Source of the DNA: Amylibacter sp.
Lineage (GTDB): Bacteria; Pseudomonadota; Alphaproteobacteria; Rhodobacterales; Rhodobacteraceae
Direction of reading: 5' to 3'
DNA: 64,000 nucleotides
Assembly (NCBI GenBank): GCA_034670045.1
Contig: JAXMOF010000011.1
Span: 12,121-76,120 of the forward strand
Shown one piece after another: positions 27,510-37,408 of this stretch; position 1 is the stretch's first letter; each line of letters starts with the position of its first letter. The translations under genes and the position numbers were made by a program. The notes under the pieces are model-generated. The model saw only the letters and a program-made list of their open reading frames with translations, was not told the origin of the DNA and did not search any database.

Positions 27510-28718
27510 TTATTCTAAAGATGCGGTAATCTGGCGGAAGACCTCAATATTCATTTGTGCGATAGCCCCGTCGCCGTCGCGAAAACGGGTGTCGCCTGCG
27601 TTCACCGCGATCACCACGCGGCTTTGGCTGTTCACATAAATATACTGGCCGTAAATGCCGATAGCAAAGAATTCGCCATCGGACGCGTTATGGGGGCGCC
27701 ACCATTGATACCCATAGCCATGCGCGCCTTCAGGCGTGGTGGCGTTTTGCGGGTCGGGGGGCGGGGCGGATTGTTCGGTAGAGGCTTTGACCCATTCCGC
27801 AGAGACAATCTGCTGCCCGTTCAGCCACCCGTTCTGGGCGAACATCAGGCCAAAGCGGGCGTAGTCCCGTGTGGTCATGTTCAGCCCGCCCAGAACAAAC
27901 GGCTCGCCCAGACTGTCGGTCAGGAAATAGGGCGTTTGTTCCAATCCCATGGGTTGGAAGACCAGTTCCGACACCAGTTCATTGGTGCCGCGTCCTGACA
28001 CCGCGCGCATGACCATGCCGATCACATGGGTGTCGATGGATACATAGTGGTTATAGGTGCCCGCAGGCCATTGTTGTTCAGTCAAGCCCGCCGCAAAAGC
28101 GTCCATTGATCCGCCAATGGCCAGAATACGGCCCATGCGGTTGATGTCGGAATGATAGTCGAGGTAATCTTCGTTAAAGGCGACGCCGCTGGCCATGTTC
28201 AGCACATTGCGAATGGTCGCCGTTGCATAGGCGGAGCCTTGCAACTGCGGCACCAGATCACCGATTTTCGTGTCAAAATCCGGCATCATCCCGCGATCCA
28301 CCATCACGCCAAAGGCGGCTGAAAGGATGCTTTTGGACATGGACCACGAAATGCGCCGGTCCTGTGCTGTGGTGCCGTTGAGGTATTGCTCATGTGCAAC
28401 CGCGCCGTCTTTCAACACGACCAGCGCGCTGATGTTGCGTTCTGCCTGCCAAGTGTCCAGATCAAAGCCGCGACCCTGATGGGTGAAACTGCGTTGGATG
28501 TCACGGGGGGCAGCGGGTAAGGGGCTGGCCGTTTGCGGTGTAATCTGTGCGTCCTGATTGAAAAACAACGACCGCATGTCTGTGAAGTTTTTGGTGATAT
28601 TCTTTGGATCGAACAGTGTTCCGACTTTTGCTACGCGCTGTATCCCTTTGAAATCAAGTCTAAATAACAAACGGCTTAGAATTTTGGCGGTATCGCCAAG
28701 TTCAGCAAAATCGGGCAT
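27510..28718 (-). CDS. Serine hydrolase (beta-lactamase / 6-aminohexanoate-dimer hydrolase family)
   Basis: SxxK (SMSK), YxS (YVSID), LNMTTRDYARFG, YGYQWW, GIYGQ. Confidence 0.88.
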   Translation of the reverse strand: MPDFAELGDTAKILSRLLFRLDFKGIQRVAKVGTLFDPKNITKNFTDMRSLFFNQDAQITPQTASPLPAAPRDIQRSFTHQGRGFDLDTWQAERNISALVVLKDGAVAHEQYLNGTTAQDRRISWSMSKSILSAAFGVMVDRGMMPDFDTKIGDLVPQLQGSAYATATIRNVLNMASGVAFNEDYLDYHSDINRMGRILAIGGSMDAFAAGLTEQQWPAGTYNHYVSIDTHVIGMVMRAVSGRGTNELVSELVFQPMGLEQTPYFLTDSLGEPFVLGGLNMTTRDYARFGLMFAQNGWLNGQQIVSAEWVKASTEQSAPPPDPQNATTPEGAHGYGYQWWRPHNASDGEFFAIGIYGQYIYVNSQSRVVIAVNAGDTRFRDGDGAIAQMNIEVFRQITASLE

Positions 28719-28733
28719 TTTATCTATCCAGTT

Positions 28734-29408
28734 TTAAGAAAACTTATCCATCAAACGTTGTAACGGGCTGCGCGTGTCGGGTTCGGGCGCCGCAGGCTCT
28801 GCCGGTTTTGTGGTCTTCTGGGCGGGTTTGGACGGGCGTGGAGGCACCACCCGCAGGGCGACGGCGTTCATAAACCGCCCGCTGTCGCCTGACGCAAGGT
28901 CCTTGGCCCCGTCCGAAATACCGCGCAACAGATCGTCGATCCAGACTTCATCCGCTTTTGAAAAATCATGCAAGACATAGCCCGCGACGGCCTCTTTGCG
29001 GCCGGGGTGGCCGATGCCGATGCGCACGCGGGCGTAGGTTTCGCCGATGTGTTGGTGAATGGAGCGCAACCCGTTGTGACCCGCATGGCCGCCGCCCTGT
29101 TTGACGCGGCATTTGCCGGGGGCAAGGTCAAGTTCGTCGTGGAAAACGGTGATGTCGTCAGGGGTGGCTTTGTAAAACCGCATGGCTTCGCCCACGGATT
29201 GGCCCGAAAGGTTCATAAAGGTTTCGGGTTTGATCAGAATGACCTTTTCGCTGCCCAGACGGCCTTCGGATACTTTGCCCTGAAATTTGCTGCGCCACGG
29301 GGCAAAGCCGTGGTCCTGGGCAATGCGATCAAGGGCCATAAAGCCGATGTTGTGGCGGTTGTTGGCGTATTTTGCGCCCGGGTTTCCAAGGCCGACAAAG
29401 ATTTGCAT
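28734..29408 (-). CDS. pth: Peptidyl-tRNA hydrolase
   Basis: GLGNPG, RHNIGF, KPETFMNLSG, HDELDL, GHNGLRS, YVLHDF. Confidence 0.97.
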   Translation of the reverse strand: MQIFVGLGNPGAKYANNRHNIGFMALDRIAQDHGFAPWRSKFQGKVSEGRLGSEKVILIKPETFMNLSGQSVGEAMRFYKATPDDITVFHDELDLAPGKCRVKQGGGHAGHNGLRSIHQHIGETYARVRIGIGHPGRKEAVAGYVLHDFSKADEVWIDDLLRGISDGAKDLASGDSGRFMNAVALRVVPPRPSKPAQKTTKPAEPAAPEPDTRSPLQRLMDKFS

Positions 29409-29486
29409 GGGGTCTGGTCCTATTGGCGAGTGTTCGATTCGCTGGCTTTATAACGGGTATCTGCGCGTGATGCCAAAAGCGCAAAG

Positions 29487-29522
29487 AAAAACCCCGCGTG
29501 TTCCAATGAACCCGCGGGGTTT
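29487..29522 (-). terminator. Intrinsic terminator after rplY
   Basis: AAAACCCCGCG...CGCGGGGTTT stem; U-tract on the minus strand. Confidence 0.75.
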
Positions 29523-29544
29523 CAATTTTTCAAACGCGACAGAT

Positions 29545-30180
29545 TTATTCTTCTGCTGCGTCTTCTGTGGCTTCATCTTCTGCTCCGTCGTCAGCATCCG
29601 AAGATTTCAGGCTGGACGGTGCAGAGATGTTTGCAATCACGAAGTCACGATCTGTGATCATCGGGCGCGAACCTTCTGGCAGGGTAACGTCAGAGATATG
29701 TACGATATCGCCCACATCCAGATTGGCTAGATCGATTTGGATCGCGTCAGGGATATTGCCCGCAGTCACTTTCAATTCGATCTCGTTGCGTACAACAGTC
29801 AGAACACCGCCGCGTTTCAGGCCAACGGATGTTTCTTCGTTGATAAACTCAACAGGCACAAACAGGTTCACACGGGACGTACGACGCAGGCGCATCAGGT
29901 CGAGGTGAACAGGAAGGTCTTTGACAACGTCCCGTTGAACGTTGCGGCAGATCACGCGTACGTCTTCCTGGCCTTCAACCTTCAGGTTGAACAGGGTGGA
30001 CAAGAAACGGCCGGCTTTCAGCTGTTTGAGCAGTTCGTTGAATTTTACGTTGATTGCGATAGGCTCTTCGCCACCGCCGTAAACCACACCTGGTACAAGT
30101 CCGTCGCGACGGGCTTGACGGGCGGCCCCCTTGCCGGTCCCCGTACGTGGTGTGGCGTTGATGTTTGGCATCTCGGCCAT
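29545..30180 (-). CDS. rplY: 50S ribosomal protein L25/Ctc (long form)
   Basis: [35 protein letters not shown] and a C-terminal Ctc domain. TGGAG RBS. Confidence 0.96.
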   Translation of the reverse strand: MAEMPNINATPRTGTGKGAARQARRDGLVPGVVYGGGEEPIAINVKFNELLKQLKAGRFLSTLFNLKVEGQEDVRVICRNVQRDVVKDLPVHLDLMRLRRTSRVNLFVPVEFINEETSVGLKRGGVLTVVRNEIELKVTAGNIPDAIQIDLANLDVGDIVHISDVTLPEGSRPMITDRDFVIANISAPSSLKSSDADDGAEDEATEDAAEE

Positions 30181-30399
30181 GATATTCTCCAATATGTAAA
30201 AGGCGGCAATCCTCCAAGGGTGTAAGTGCCGCGTGAAGCGCTGCATTAGGCCAGAATTGGCAAAAGGGCAAGGTGGAAAATGCCTGTTTTTACCAGTCAA
30301 ACGGGGGCAGGGCAGGCTTTGGGGCCTGCCGGATCGGTGCAATCCACCCGCGCTATCTGCAAGCGGGTGGTTGGTCAGCCTCGGCGTTCAAGATAAGGG

Positions 30400-31563
30400 T
30401 TATTCCCACTCTCCGCGAAAATCTTTTGGGATCAGCAGGTTATTGCGCCCCATATTGTTCAGATCCCGCTCTCCGCATAGGGCCATTGTGGTATCCAGCT
30501 CTTTTTGGATCACTTTTAGCGCGGTTGTTACACCTTCGCGCCCCATTGCGCCCAATCCGTGTACGAAAGAGCGCCCAATCATTGTGCCTTTGGCCCCCAG
30601 CGAAATAGCTTTCAGAACGTCCTGACCCGAGCGAATACCGCCATCCACATGGACTTCGATCTGGTCGCCAACCGCATCGACAATATCAGGCAGCATCCGG
30701 ATCGAGGACATGGCCCCATCCAGCTGCCGTCCGCCGTGGTTGGATACGATCAGCGCATCCGCGCCAACTTCGACAGCGCGTTTGGCGTCTTCGACGTCCA
30801 GAATGCCCTTGATGATCAAAGGCCCGCCCCAGCGTTCCTTGATCCATGCCACATCCCCCCAGTTCAGCGTCGGGTCAAACTGTTCAGCCGTCCACGCACC
30901 AAGGTTCGCCATATCGGTGACGCCTTTCACATGGCCCACAATATTGCGGAATTCGCGGCGTTTGGTGTTAAGCATGTTATAATCCCATTTGGGCTTGGTC
31001 GCGATGTTCAGGATGTTCGGAACGGTCAAACGTGGCGGAGCGGTCAATCCGTTTTTGATGTCTTTATGGCGCTGCCCCAGAATTTGCAGATCATATGTCA
31101 GCACCAAAGCGGAACATTTCGCTGCCTTTGCGCGATCAATTAACCTGTTAATAAAGTCACGATCCCGCATCACGTAAAGCTGGAACCAGAAGGGTTTGGT
31201 GGTGTTTTCGGCCACATCCTCGATGGAACAAATGGACATGGTGGACAGGGTGAAGGGCACGCCGAATTCCTCGGCGGCCTGAGCCGCGAGGATTTCCCCG
31301 TCAGGGTGCTGCATCCCCAACATGCCGATGGGGGCCAGTGACACGGGCATTGCGTATTCCTGCCCTAGCAGCGGCATTTTGGTGGTGCGGTTGGTCATAT
31401 CCACCGCAACTTTTTGGCGCAGCCGCAGCCGCGAGAAATCATCTACATTGTCGCGAAAGGTTTGTTCGCTCCACGATCCGCTTTCGGCATAGTCATAAAA
31501 CATCCGCGGCGTGCGCCGTTTGTGGAGTGCTTTCAAATCGTAGATGTTGGTTATCGGTGCCAT
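30400..31563 (-). CDS. lldD: FMN-dependent alpha-hydroxy-acid (L-lactate) dehydrogenase
   Basis: WFQLY, IIKGI, SNHGGRQLDG, DGGIRSGQD. Confidence 0.9.
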   Translation of the reverse strand: MAPITNIYDLKALHKRRTPRMFYDYAESGSWSEQTFRDNVDDFSRLRLRQKVAVDMTNRTTKMPLLGQEYAMPVSLAPIGMLGMQHPDGEILAAQAAEEFGVPFTLSTMSICSIEDVAENTTKPFWFQLYVMRDRDFINRLIDRAKAAKCSALVLTYDLQILGQRHKDIKNGLTAPPRLTVPNILNIATKPKWDYNMLNTKRREFRNIVGHVKGVTDMANLGAWTAEQFDPTLNWGDVAWIKERWGGPLIIKGILDVEDAKRAVEVGADALIVSNHGGRQLDGAMSSIRMLPDIVDAVGDQIEVHVDGGIRSGQDVLKAISLGAKGTMIGRSFVHGLGAMGREGVTTALKVIQKELDTTMALCGERDLNNMGRNNLLIPKDFRGEWE

Positions 31564-31711
31564 GCCAGACCTCTTGTGGAAATTCTGGGCCAGAATAGGG
31601 GCAAGGGGAGGCGGTTCTCAAGTGGGGAAACGCGAAAACTGGTCAGTCGAGTTGACCAGAGAGGTCGATTTCCGCCTGCGGGAGCATAGGGAGAGGGCTT
31701 CGGGCGAACCG

Positions 31712-32926
31712 CTACCGCTTTCGACGGAGCAAACGGCCCACCAGATAGGACGTGCGTGGCACGTAATTATAACGGGTTTTTGTACCGCTGGTCGGGCGGG
31801 CGGTCATACGGGCCAGACCGAAGATGACAAGAAACACATGGGCGGCGGAAATAAACAGGAAAAGGGCCGAAGGGCCGAAGCTGCCGATCAGGGCTGCTGC
31901 GATGATCGGGCTGAAGATCGCACCGATGGCATAAAGAAACATCAGGGATGCGTTCACTTCAACGATGTTTTCAGGGCTGGCAAAATCGTTGGCATGGGCC
32001 GCAGAGACGGAAAAGATCGGAAAGGTGGTGATGCCAAACAGGGCGGCCATGACAAACACGCCGCCAAAATTGGCAGGGCCGACAAAAGAAAACCCGACGC
32101 AGACAATGATAGAGGTCACCGACAGGCCGATCAGAACATGGCGGCGATCGTATTTATCCGCCAGCCAGCCCACCGGAAACTGCGCCACCGCGCCGCCAAC
32201 CAGAACGGTCGCCAGAAAATAGCCGATTTGTTGTGCGCTCAGTCCCACTTCCTGCCCGTAGATGGGCGACACCATCCGAAAGGCGGCAGAGGTTGTGCCA
32301 GCCACCATAACACCCGCTGCCCCGAGGGGGGACAACAGCGCAGTGCGGATCGGGTGCAGCCGTGGGGCGGCTGGGGTTTTGGGTTGTTCGGTCTTGGACA
32401 GGGTCAGGGGAAACAGGCAGGCGCAACAGAAAATCGCCAGCAAGTTGTAAGACATATAAGACCCCGGCTCCAGCACGCCGATCATCAACTGCGCCATGGA
32501 TGACGCGCTGATATCCACCACGCGGTAGGTGCCCATTACGCGGCCACGGGTCTGGTTGGTCAGTTTGGCCTGCATCCAGGCTTCGACCACAGTGTAACAG
32601 CCCGCTACACACAGCCCCGTCATAATCCGCATGATCGCCCAAGCGGTGGGATCGACCATCATCGGATGGGCAATCGCCCCGATGGCCCCGAAAGCGGCAA
32701 AGGCAGCAAAGGCGCGGGTATGGCCCACCGATCCCATCAGGCGCGGCGACCACCAGCAGCCCACAAAGAACCCCAGAAAATGGGCCGACCCCAACAGGCC
32801 GATCTGTGTTTGGGTAAATCCGAGTTTTAGGCCCGACAAAGCATCCAATGGCCCGATAGCACCCGAGGATAACTGCAAAAACGTAATCGAGAGAAAAAGG
32901 GCGGCAAAGGAAATCAACAAACGCAT
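31712..32926 (-). CDS. MFS transporter (YcaD-like)
   Basis: About 12 hydrophobic segments; EAW...RGRVMGTY and GWLADKYDRR motif A. Confidence 0.9.
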   Translation of the reverse strand: MRLLISFAALFLSITFLQLSSGAIGPLDALSGLKLGFTQTQIGLLGSAHFLGFFVGCWWSPRLMGSVGHTRAFAAFAAFGAIGAIAHPMMVDPTAWAIMRIMTGLCVAGCYTVVEAWMQAKLTNQTRGRVMGTYRVVDISASSMAQLMIGVLEPGSYMSYNLLAIFCCACLFPLTLSKTEQPKTPAAPRLHPIRTALLSPLGAAGVMVAGTTSAAFRMVSPIYGQEVGLSAQQIGYFLATVLVGGAVAQFPVGWLADKYDRRHVLIGLSVTSIIVCVGFSFVGPANFGGVFVMAALFGITTFPIFSVSAAHANDFASPENIVEVNASLMFLYAIGAIFSPIIAAALIGSFGPSALFLFISAAHVFLVIFGLARMTARPTSGTKTRYNYVPRTSYLVGRLLRRKR

Positions 32927-33078
32927 CGGGAGCTTTCAACTGTGTATGTCTGCCACTTTGGCGCAGCGCTGTCGTAAAACCTGTTAGTTTTACGACAGTC
33001 CCATGCCGTTTTTGGGGAATAGCAAATCTAAGTTGTCAGTCGCTTCAAAGCGGTCGCACCCGCCAAGCCCCAATCAGG

Positions 33079-33540
33079 TCAGAAATTTTGGGGCTGCAAG
33101 GCCCGCGCCATGTGATCCAGCACCGCGTTCACAAATTTGGGTTCGCGCCCGTCAGGGAAAAACGCTTTGGCCACGTCAACATATTCGGAAATCACAACTT
33201 TTGGCGGTGTCGGTTCGCAAACCAGTTCTGCGCCAGCGGCACGAAACAGGGCCCGCAAGGTGGGGTCGATCCGCTTCAACGGCCATTTTTCCACCAGCGC
33301 CTGATCGGTGTGTTGGTCAACCTTGGCCTGATTGCTGACAGCCGCCGTCAATAGGCGTTCAAAGAAATTTCCGTTGCCTTCCAGCCATTCGTGGCTTTCT
33401 TCCTGAGCACCGAAACGGTGGGTCAGGAATTCTTCGGTCACGGTTTCCACGTCTGAATCCGAGGCTTCCATCTGGAACAGGGCCTGAACCAGATACAACC
33501 GCGTGGCGGATTTGATTTGTCGTTTGTCCGCCGGTTTCAT
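33079..33540 (-). CDS. nusB: Transcription antitermination factor NusB
   Basis: RLYLVQALFQME, RIDPTLRALFRAA, VISEYVDVA, FVNAVLD; follows ribH. Confidence 0.95.
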   Translation of the reverse strand: MKPADKRQIKSATRLYLVQALFQMEASDSDVETVTEEFLTHRFGAQEESHEWLEGNGNFFERLLTAAVSNQAKVDQHTDQALVEKWPLKRIDPTLRALFRAAGAELVCEPTPPKVVISEYVDVAKAFFPDGREPKFVNAVLDHMARALQPQNF

Positions 33541-34094
33541 GCTGTTGTATCGTCCTTGTTGTTGCCCGCCATCAAGATGTGTTCGGACGCGGGTTTGAAC
33601 CCTATGCTTTTGGATGTGTTCATAAACCGCCGGGAAATGGCGATCAAATGGAGCGCGGCTTCGGCTGCGCCGCCGCCTTTGTTCTGGCCGTCTGAATCTG
33701 CGCGGACCTCGGCTTGGGTGCGGTTTTCGACGGTTAAGATGCCGTTGCCAAGGCAAAACCCTTCGATGCCCAAACGGCTAAGCGCGCGGCTGCTGTCATT
33801 GCAGACCGTTTCGTAATGGGTTGTTTCACCGCGAATGACGCAGCCCAGGGCAACAAACCCGTCAAAATCATTGGAACGGCTGGCCAGTCGGATTGCCGTT
33901 GGCACTTCTAATGCACCGGGCACTTCGATAACTTCGCAGGTTGCTCCTGCGGCTTTGATCGCGGCTTTCGCGCCTGTAACCAGATTGTCGGCGATGTCTT
34001 TGTAGTAGGGCGAGACCACGATCAGCAGATGCGGGGCGTCGGTGTCTTCAAATTTCGGGCTTGGCAGCACGTAATGGGTTTCAGAACCGGCCAT
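33537..34094 (-). CDS. ribH: Lumazine synthase
   Basis: VPGALEVP, ALGCVIRGETTHY, NGILT, NKGGGAA. Confidence 0.95.
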   Translation of the reverse strand: MAGSETHYVLPSPKFEDTDAPHLLIVVSPYYKDIADNLVTGAKAAIKAAGATCEVIEVPGALEVPTAIRLASRSNDFDGFVALGCVIRGETTHYETVCNDSSRALSRLGIEGFCLGNGILTVENRTQAEVRADSDGQNKGGGAAEAALHLIAISRRFMNTSKSIGFKPASEHILMAGNNKDDTTA

Positions 34095-34097
34095 GGG

Positions 34098-35195
34098 TTA
34101 TGCTTTCGTAATGGGGCGGGTGCCCACGATGTTCAGGTCATAGGCTTCCAGCCCGATGATTTTGGGTTCGGGAGAATCCGTTAACAGGATAAAATCCCGC
34201 AGTCCCAAGGATGACATGATTTGCGATCCCAGCCCAGTATACCGCAATTGCCGCGGGGTCGAGCCTTCGTCGAGCTGTAATTTCGCATGCAGGTCGCGAA
34301 ACAGGATCACAACGCCGCGACCCTCGGCGGCGATGGTTTCCATAGCGCGGGCCAATTCACCCGCAGGGGCAGGGCCAAGACCAAGCAGATCTTCGAGCGG
34401 GTTCATCGCATGGGTGCGCACCAGAACGGGCGCGGCGGTGGTGATGTCGCCTTTGACCAGAACCACATGTTCGGTTTCATTGGTCTTATCGGTGAAAATC
34501 CGCAGGTTCCAGTCTCCGCCATAGCTGGAGGTGACGGTCCGGCTGGCGGTTTCATTCACCAGATTGTCATAGCGCAGGCGATAGGCGATCAGGTCGGAAA
34601 TCGTGCCGATTTTCAGACCGTGCAATTGCGCATAACCGATCAGATCGGGCAGGCGGGCCATAGTGCCGTCGTCATTCATGATTTCACAGATCACACCTGA
34701 CGGGTTCAGCCCCGCCAGCCGTGATACGTCAACGGCGGCCTCTGTGTGGCCGGCGCGCACCAGAACGCCGCCTTCGCGGGCGCGCAGCGGGAACACATGG
34801 CCAGGGGTTGCGATATCTTGTGCGCCGCTGGTGCCATCAATGGCCACAGCGATGGTTTTGGCGCGGTCATGGGCGGAAATACCGGTGGTCACGCCTTCGC
34901 GGGCTTCGATCGACACGGTAAAGGCTGTTTCATGACGCGAGGAATTGGCCGTGGCCATCATCGGCAGTCCAAGCGCGTTCAGGCGTTCGGATTCAAGGGA
35001 CAGACAGATCAGCCCGCGCCCGTGGGTTGCCATAAAGTTAATCGCCTCGGGCGTGGCCATTTCTGCGGGAATAACCAGATCGCCTTCGTTTTCGCGGTCT
35101 TCATGATCCACCAGAATGAACATCTTGCCCGCTTTGGCGTCGGCGATGATGTCCTCGATCGGGGAAATCATGTCGTGAAAGGATTCGTCGGTCAT
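34098..35195 (-). CDS. ribB: DHBP synthase fused to a degenerate GTP cyclohydrolase II-like domain (RibBX-type)
   Basis: [34 protein letters not shown]. The C-terminal domain lacks the zinc-binding cysteines. Confidence 0.92.
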   Translation of the reverse strand: MTDESFHDMISPIEDIIADAKAGKMFILVDHEDRENEGDLVIPAEMATPEAINFMATHGRGLICLSLESERLNALGLPMMATANSSRHETAFTVSIEAREGVTTGISAHDRAKTIAVAIDGTSGAQDIATPGHVFPLRAREGGVLVRAGHTEAAVDVSRLAGLNPSGVICEIMNDDGTMARLPDLIGYAQLHGLKIGTISDLIAYRLRYDNLVNETASRTVTSSYGGDWNLRIFTDKTNETEHVVLVKGDITTAAPVLVRTHAMNPLEDLLGLGPAPAGELARAMETIAAEGRGVVILFRDLHAKLQLDEGSTPRQLRYTGLGSQIMSSLGLRDFILLTDSPEPKIIGLEAYDLNIVGTRPITKA

Positions 35196-35205
35196 ACTAG
35201 CAGCC

Positions 35206-35811
35206 CTAAGCGTTGGTCATTTCGGCAAGACGGGCCACATAGCGTGCCAGCGTGTCGATTTCCAGATTGATTTGATCGCCCAGCGAAACATTGCCCCAAG
35301 TGGTGTGCTGTTTGGTGTGGGGAATGAAATTGATGTCAAAATCTGTGTTGTTCACCCCGTTGACCGTCAGTGACGTACCGTTCAACGCCACAGACCCTTT
35401 GGGCGCGATGAATTTTGCCAAAGCAACGGGCGCGCGCAGGGTGACGCGGGTGCTGTCGCCCTCATCATGGATTTCAATCACCTCGGCCAGACCATCCACA
35501 TGGCCAGACACGATATGCCCGCCCAATTCATCCCCGACCTTTAAGGCGCGTTCCAGATTGATCGGCCGATTGACCGCCCAAGTGCCAAGGTTTGTTTTGG
35601 ACACGGTTTCAGCGGAAATTTCCACATCGAACCAATTGGTGTTCTGCGTGGTGCCGGACTCGATCACGGTCAGGCACACGCCTTCGCAGGCAATAGAAGC
35701 ACCCAGATCAATGGTGGCTGGATCATATTGCGTAGTAATGCGCGCGCGCAGATCGCCGCGCTGTTCCAGTTCGGCAACCGTGCCAATGTCGGTAATGATA
35801 CCTGTGAACAT
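35206..35811 (-). CDS. ribE: Riboflavin synthase alpha chain
   Basis: MFTGII, SIACEGVCLTV, NLERAL, GGHIVSGHVDG, SVALNGTSLTV. Confidence 0.96.
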   Translation of the reverse strand: MFTGIITDIGTVAELEQRGDLRARITTQYDPATIDLGASIACEGVCLTVIESGTTQNTNWFDVEISAETVSKTNLGTWAVNRPINLERALKVGDELGGHIVSGHVDGLAEVIEIHDEGDSTRVTLRAPVALAKFIAPKGSVALNGTSLTVNGVNNTDFDINFIPHTKQHTTWGNVSLGDQINLEIDTLARYVARLAEMTNA

Positions 35812-36027
35812 GTTTTTCACCTGTTTTTTGCTCCTTTGCACCTAGCTCTTGTGTACAAATTGAGCAAGTCCAACTATGGTTTTCTGCGGGTCTGACGGGG
35901 GACTCTTGCAAAGTTTGGTGATGCAAATAGGCACTTATCTGGTTGAAAACTGTGTTTGCAAAGTCACACGATGGGATTATGCGTGGCTATTAAGTCTATT
36001 TAACAATATATCACGCAGGCGGGGGCG

Positions 36028-37338
36028 TTGGGCCAAAAGGTCAACGGGATACTAGAGTTGCGCCAGGAAAAGAAGTCGTTTTTATTTTTACAGGGTCCGC
36101 ACGGCCCGTTTTTCTATGAGCTAGGCAAAGCCATTGCCCAGTCCGGCGCGGATGTGACGAAAATCGGCTTTAACGAAGGTGACCGTTTTTTCTGGCGCAA
36201 TCGCAGCACATTTGTGGCTTATACCAAACCCTATGAACAATGGCCGCAATATCTCGAAGATTTTCTGAAAACAGGCATTACCGACCTTGTGATCTATGGC
36301 GATACCCGTCCTTTGCACAAAACCGCTGTTGAGGTGGCCAAAAGTCTGGGCATTCGGGTGCATTGCTTTGAAGAAGGCTATTTGCGTCCCTATTGGGTCA
36401 CTTATGAACGGGGGGGCGTGAACGGATTTTCCCGCCTGATGGACCTTAGCGTGGCAACCATGCGCGAAGCGTTAAGCCATGTGGATAATGACCAGCCAGA
36501 GGCTCCGGCCCGTTGGGGCGATATGCGCCAGCACATTCTGTTGGGGGCGATTTATCACTGGCATATTCTGTTCCGCAATCGGCGCTTCATCAATTATAAA
36601 ACCCACAGGGACAGCCCTGTAAGCCATGAATTCTGGTTACATTTCAAGCGCTTGATCACCCGTCCTGCCCATGCCTACCGGCGCTGGCGGGCGACGCAGT
36701 CAATCAAGCGCAACGGGTTTGTCTATCATCTTAGCTTGCTGCAACTTAGCCATGATGCGTCAATCCGCAGCCATTCGCAGTTTACGGGCATGGCCGAATT
36801 CATGCGCATTTGCGTAGAGGCTTTTGCCCGCAAAGCCCCCAAACACCACCATCTGGTGTTCAAATCCCACCCGCTGGAAGACGACCGGCAGCCCTTGTCC
36901 TTGGTGGCCGAACAACTGGCCAAAGAATTCGACCTGACGGGGCGTATCCATTTTGTGCGCGGGGGAAAGCTGGCCGAATTGCTGGATTATGCCCGCTCGG
37001 TTGTCACCATCAATTCCACCGCCGCGCAACAGGCGCTCTGGCGGGGGCTGCCCGTCAAGGCGCTGGGGGCAGGGGTGTTTTGCAAGCCTGAATTCACCTC
37101 GGAACAGCCGCTTGATGCGTTTTTTGCGGCGCCAAAGAAACCGGACCTGACAGCCTATCGCGACTATCGCCAGTTCTTGTTGATGACATCCCAGATCACT
37201 GGCGGGTTTTATTCCCGCAGGGGGCGCGTGCGGCTTGTGCGGCAGGTGGTGGATATGGTCCTGTCAGAACAGGACCCCTATGAAGCCCTGGAGGCGGCAA
37301 ACGCGTCTCCATTGCAACAGTTTCAGGTGGTGAAATAG
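36028..37338 (+). CDS. kpsS: Capsular polysaccharide export protein, KpsS family
   Basis: LFLQGP, FEEGYLRPYWVTYE, LVFKSHP, VTINST. Confidence 0.88.
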   Translation: MGQKVNGILELRQEKKSFLFLQGPHGPFFYELGKAIAQSGADVTKIGFNEGDRFFWRNRSTFVAYTKPYEQWPQYLEDFLKTGITDLVIYGDTRPLHKTAVEVAKSLGIRVHCFEEGYLRPYWVTYERGGVNGFSRLMDLSVATMREALSHVDNDQPEAPARWGDMRQHILLGAIYHWHILFRNRRFINYKTHRDSPVSHEFWLHFKRLITRPAHAYRRWRATQSIKRNGFVYHLSLLQLSHDASIRSHSQFTGMAEFMRICVEAFARKAPKHHHLVFKSHPLEDDRQPLSLVAEQLAKEFDLTGRIHFVRGGKLAELLDYARSVVTINSTAAQQALWRGLPVKALGAGVFCKPEFTSEQPLDAFFAAPKKPDLTAYRDYRQFLLMTSQITGGFYSRRGRVRLVRQVVDMVLSEQDPYEALEAANASPLQQFQVVK

Positions 37339-37408
37339 GCGCACGAATCAAAAGGCTTTGATTTCCTTGCGCTATGTGCCACCCTAAAAGAAAAAAACTG
37401 AGGCAGTT

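Noticed and set aside
31544-32503. 319-aa ORF antisense to the MFS gene
   Set aside because: Mirror of a hydrophobic gene with no domain signature.
35990-36004. CtrA box upstream of kpsS
   Set aside because: Spacing is N6 rather than N7.
35812-36027. FMN riboswitch upstream of ribE
   Set aside because: None of the conserved RFN sequence blocks is present.
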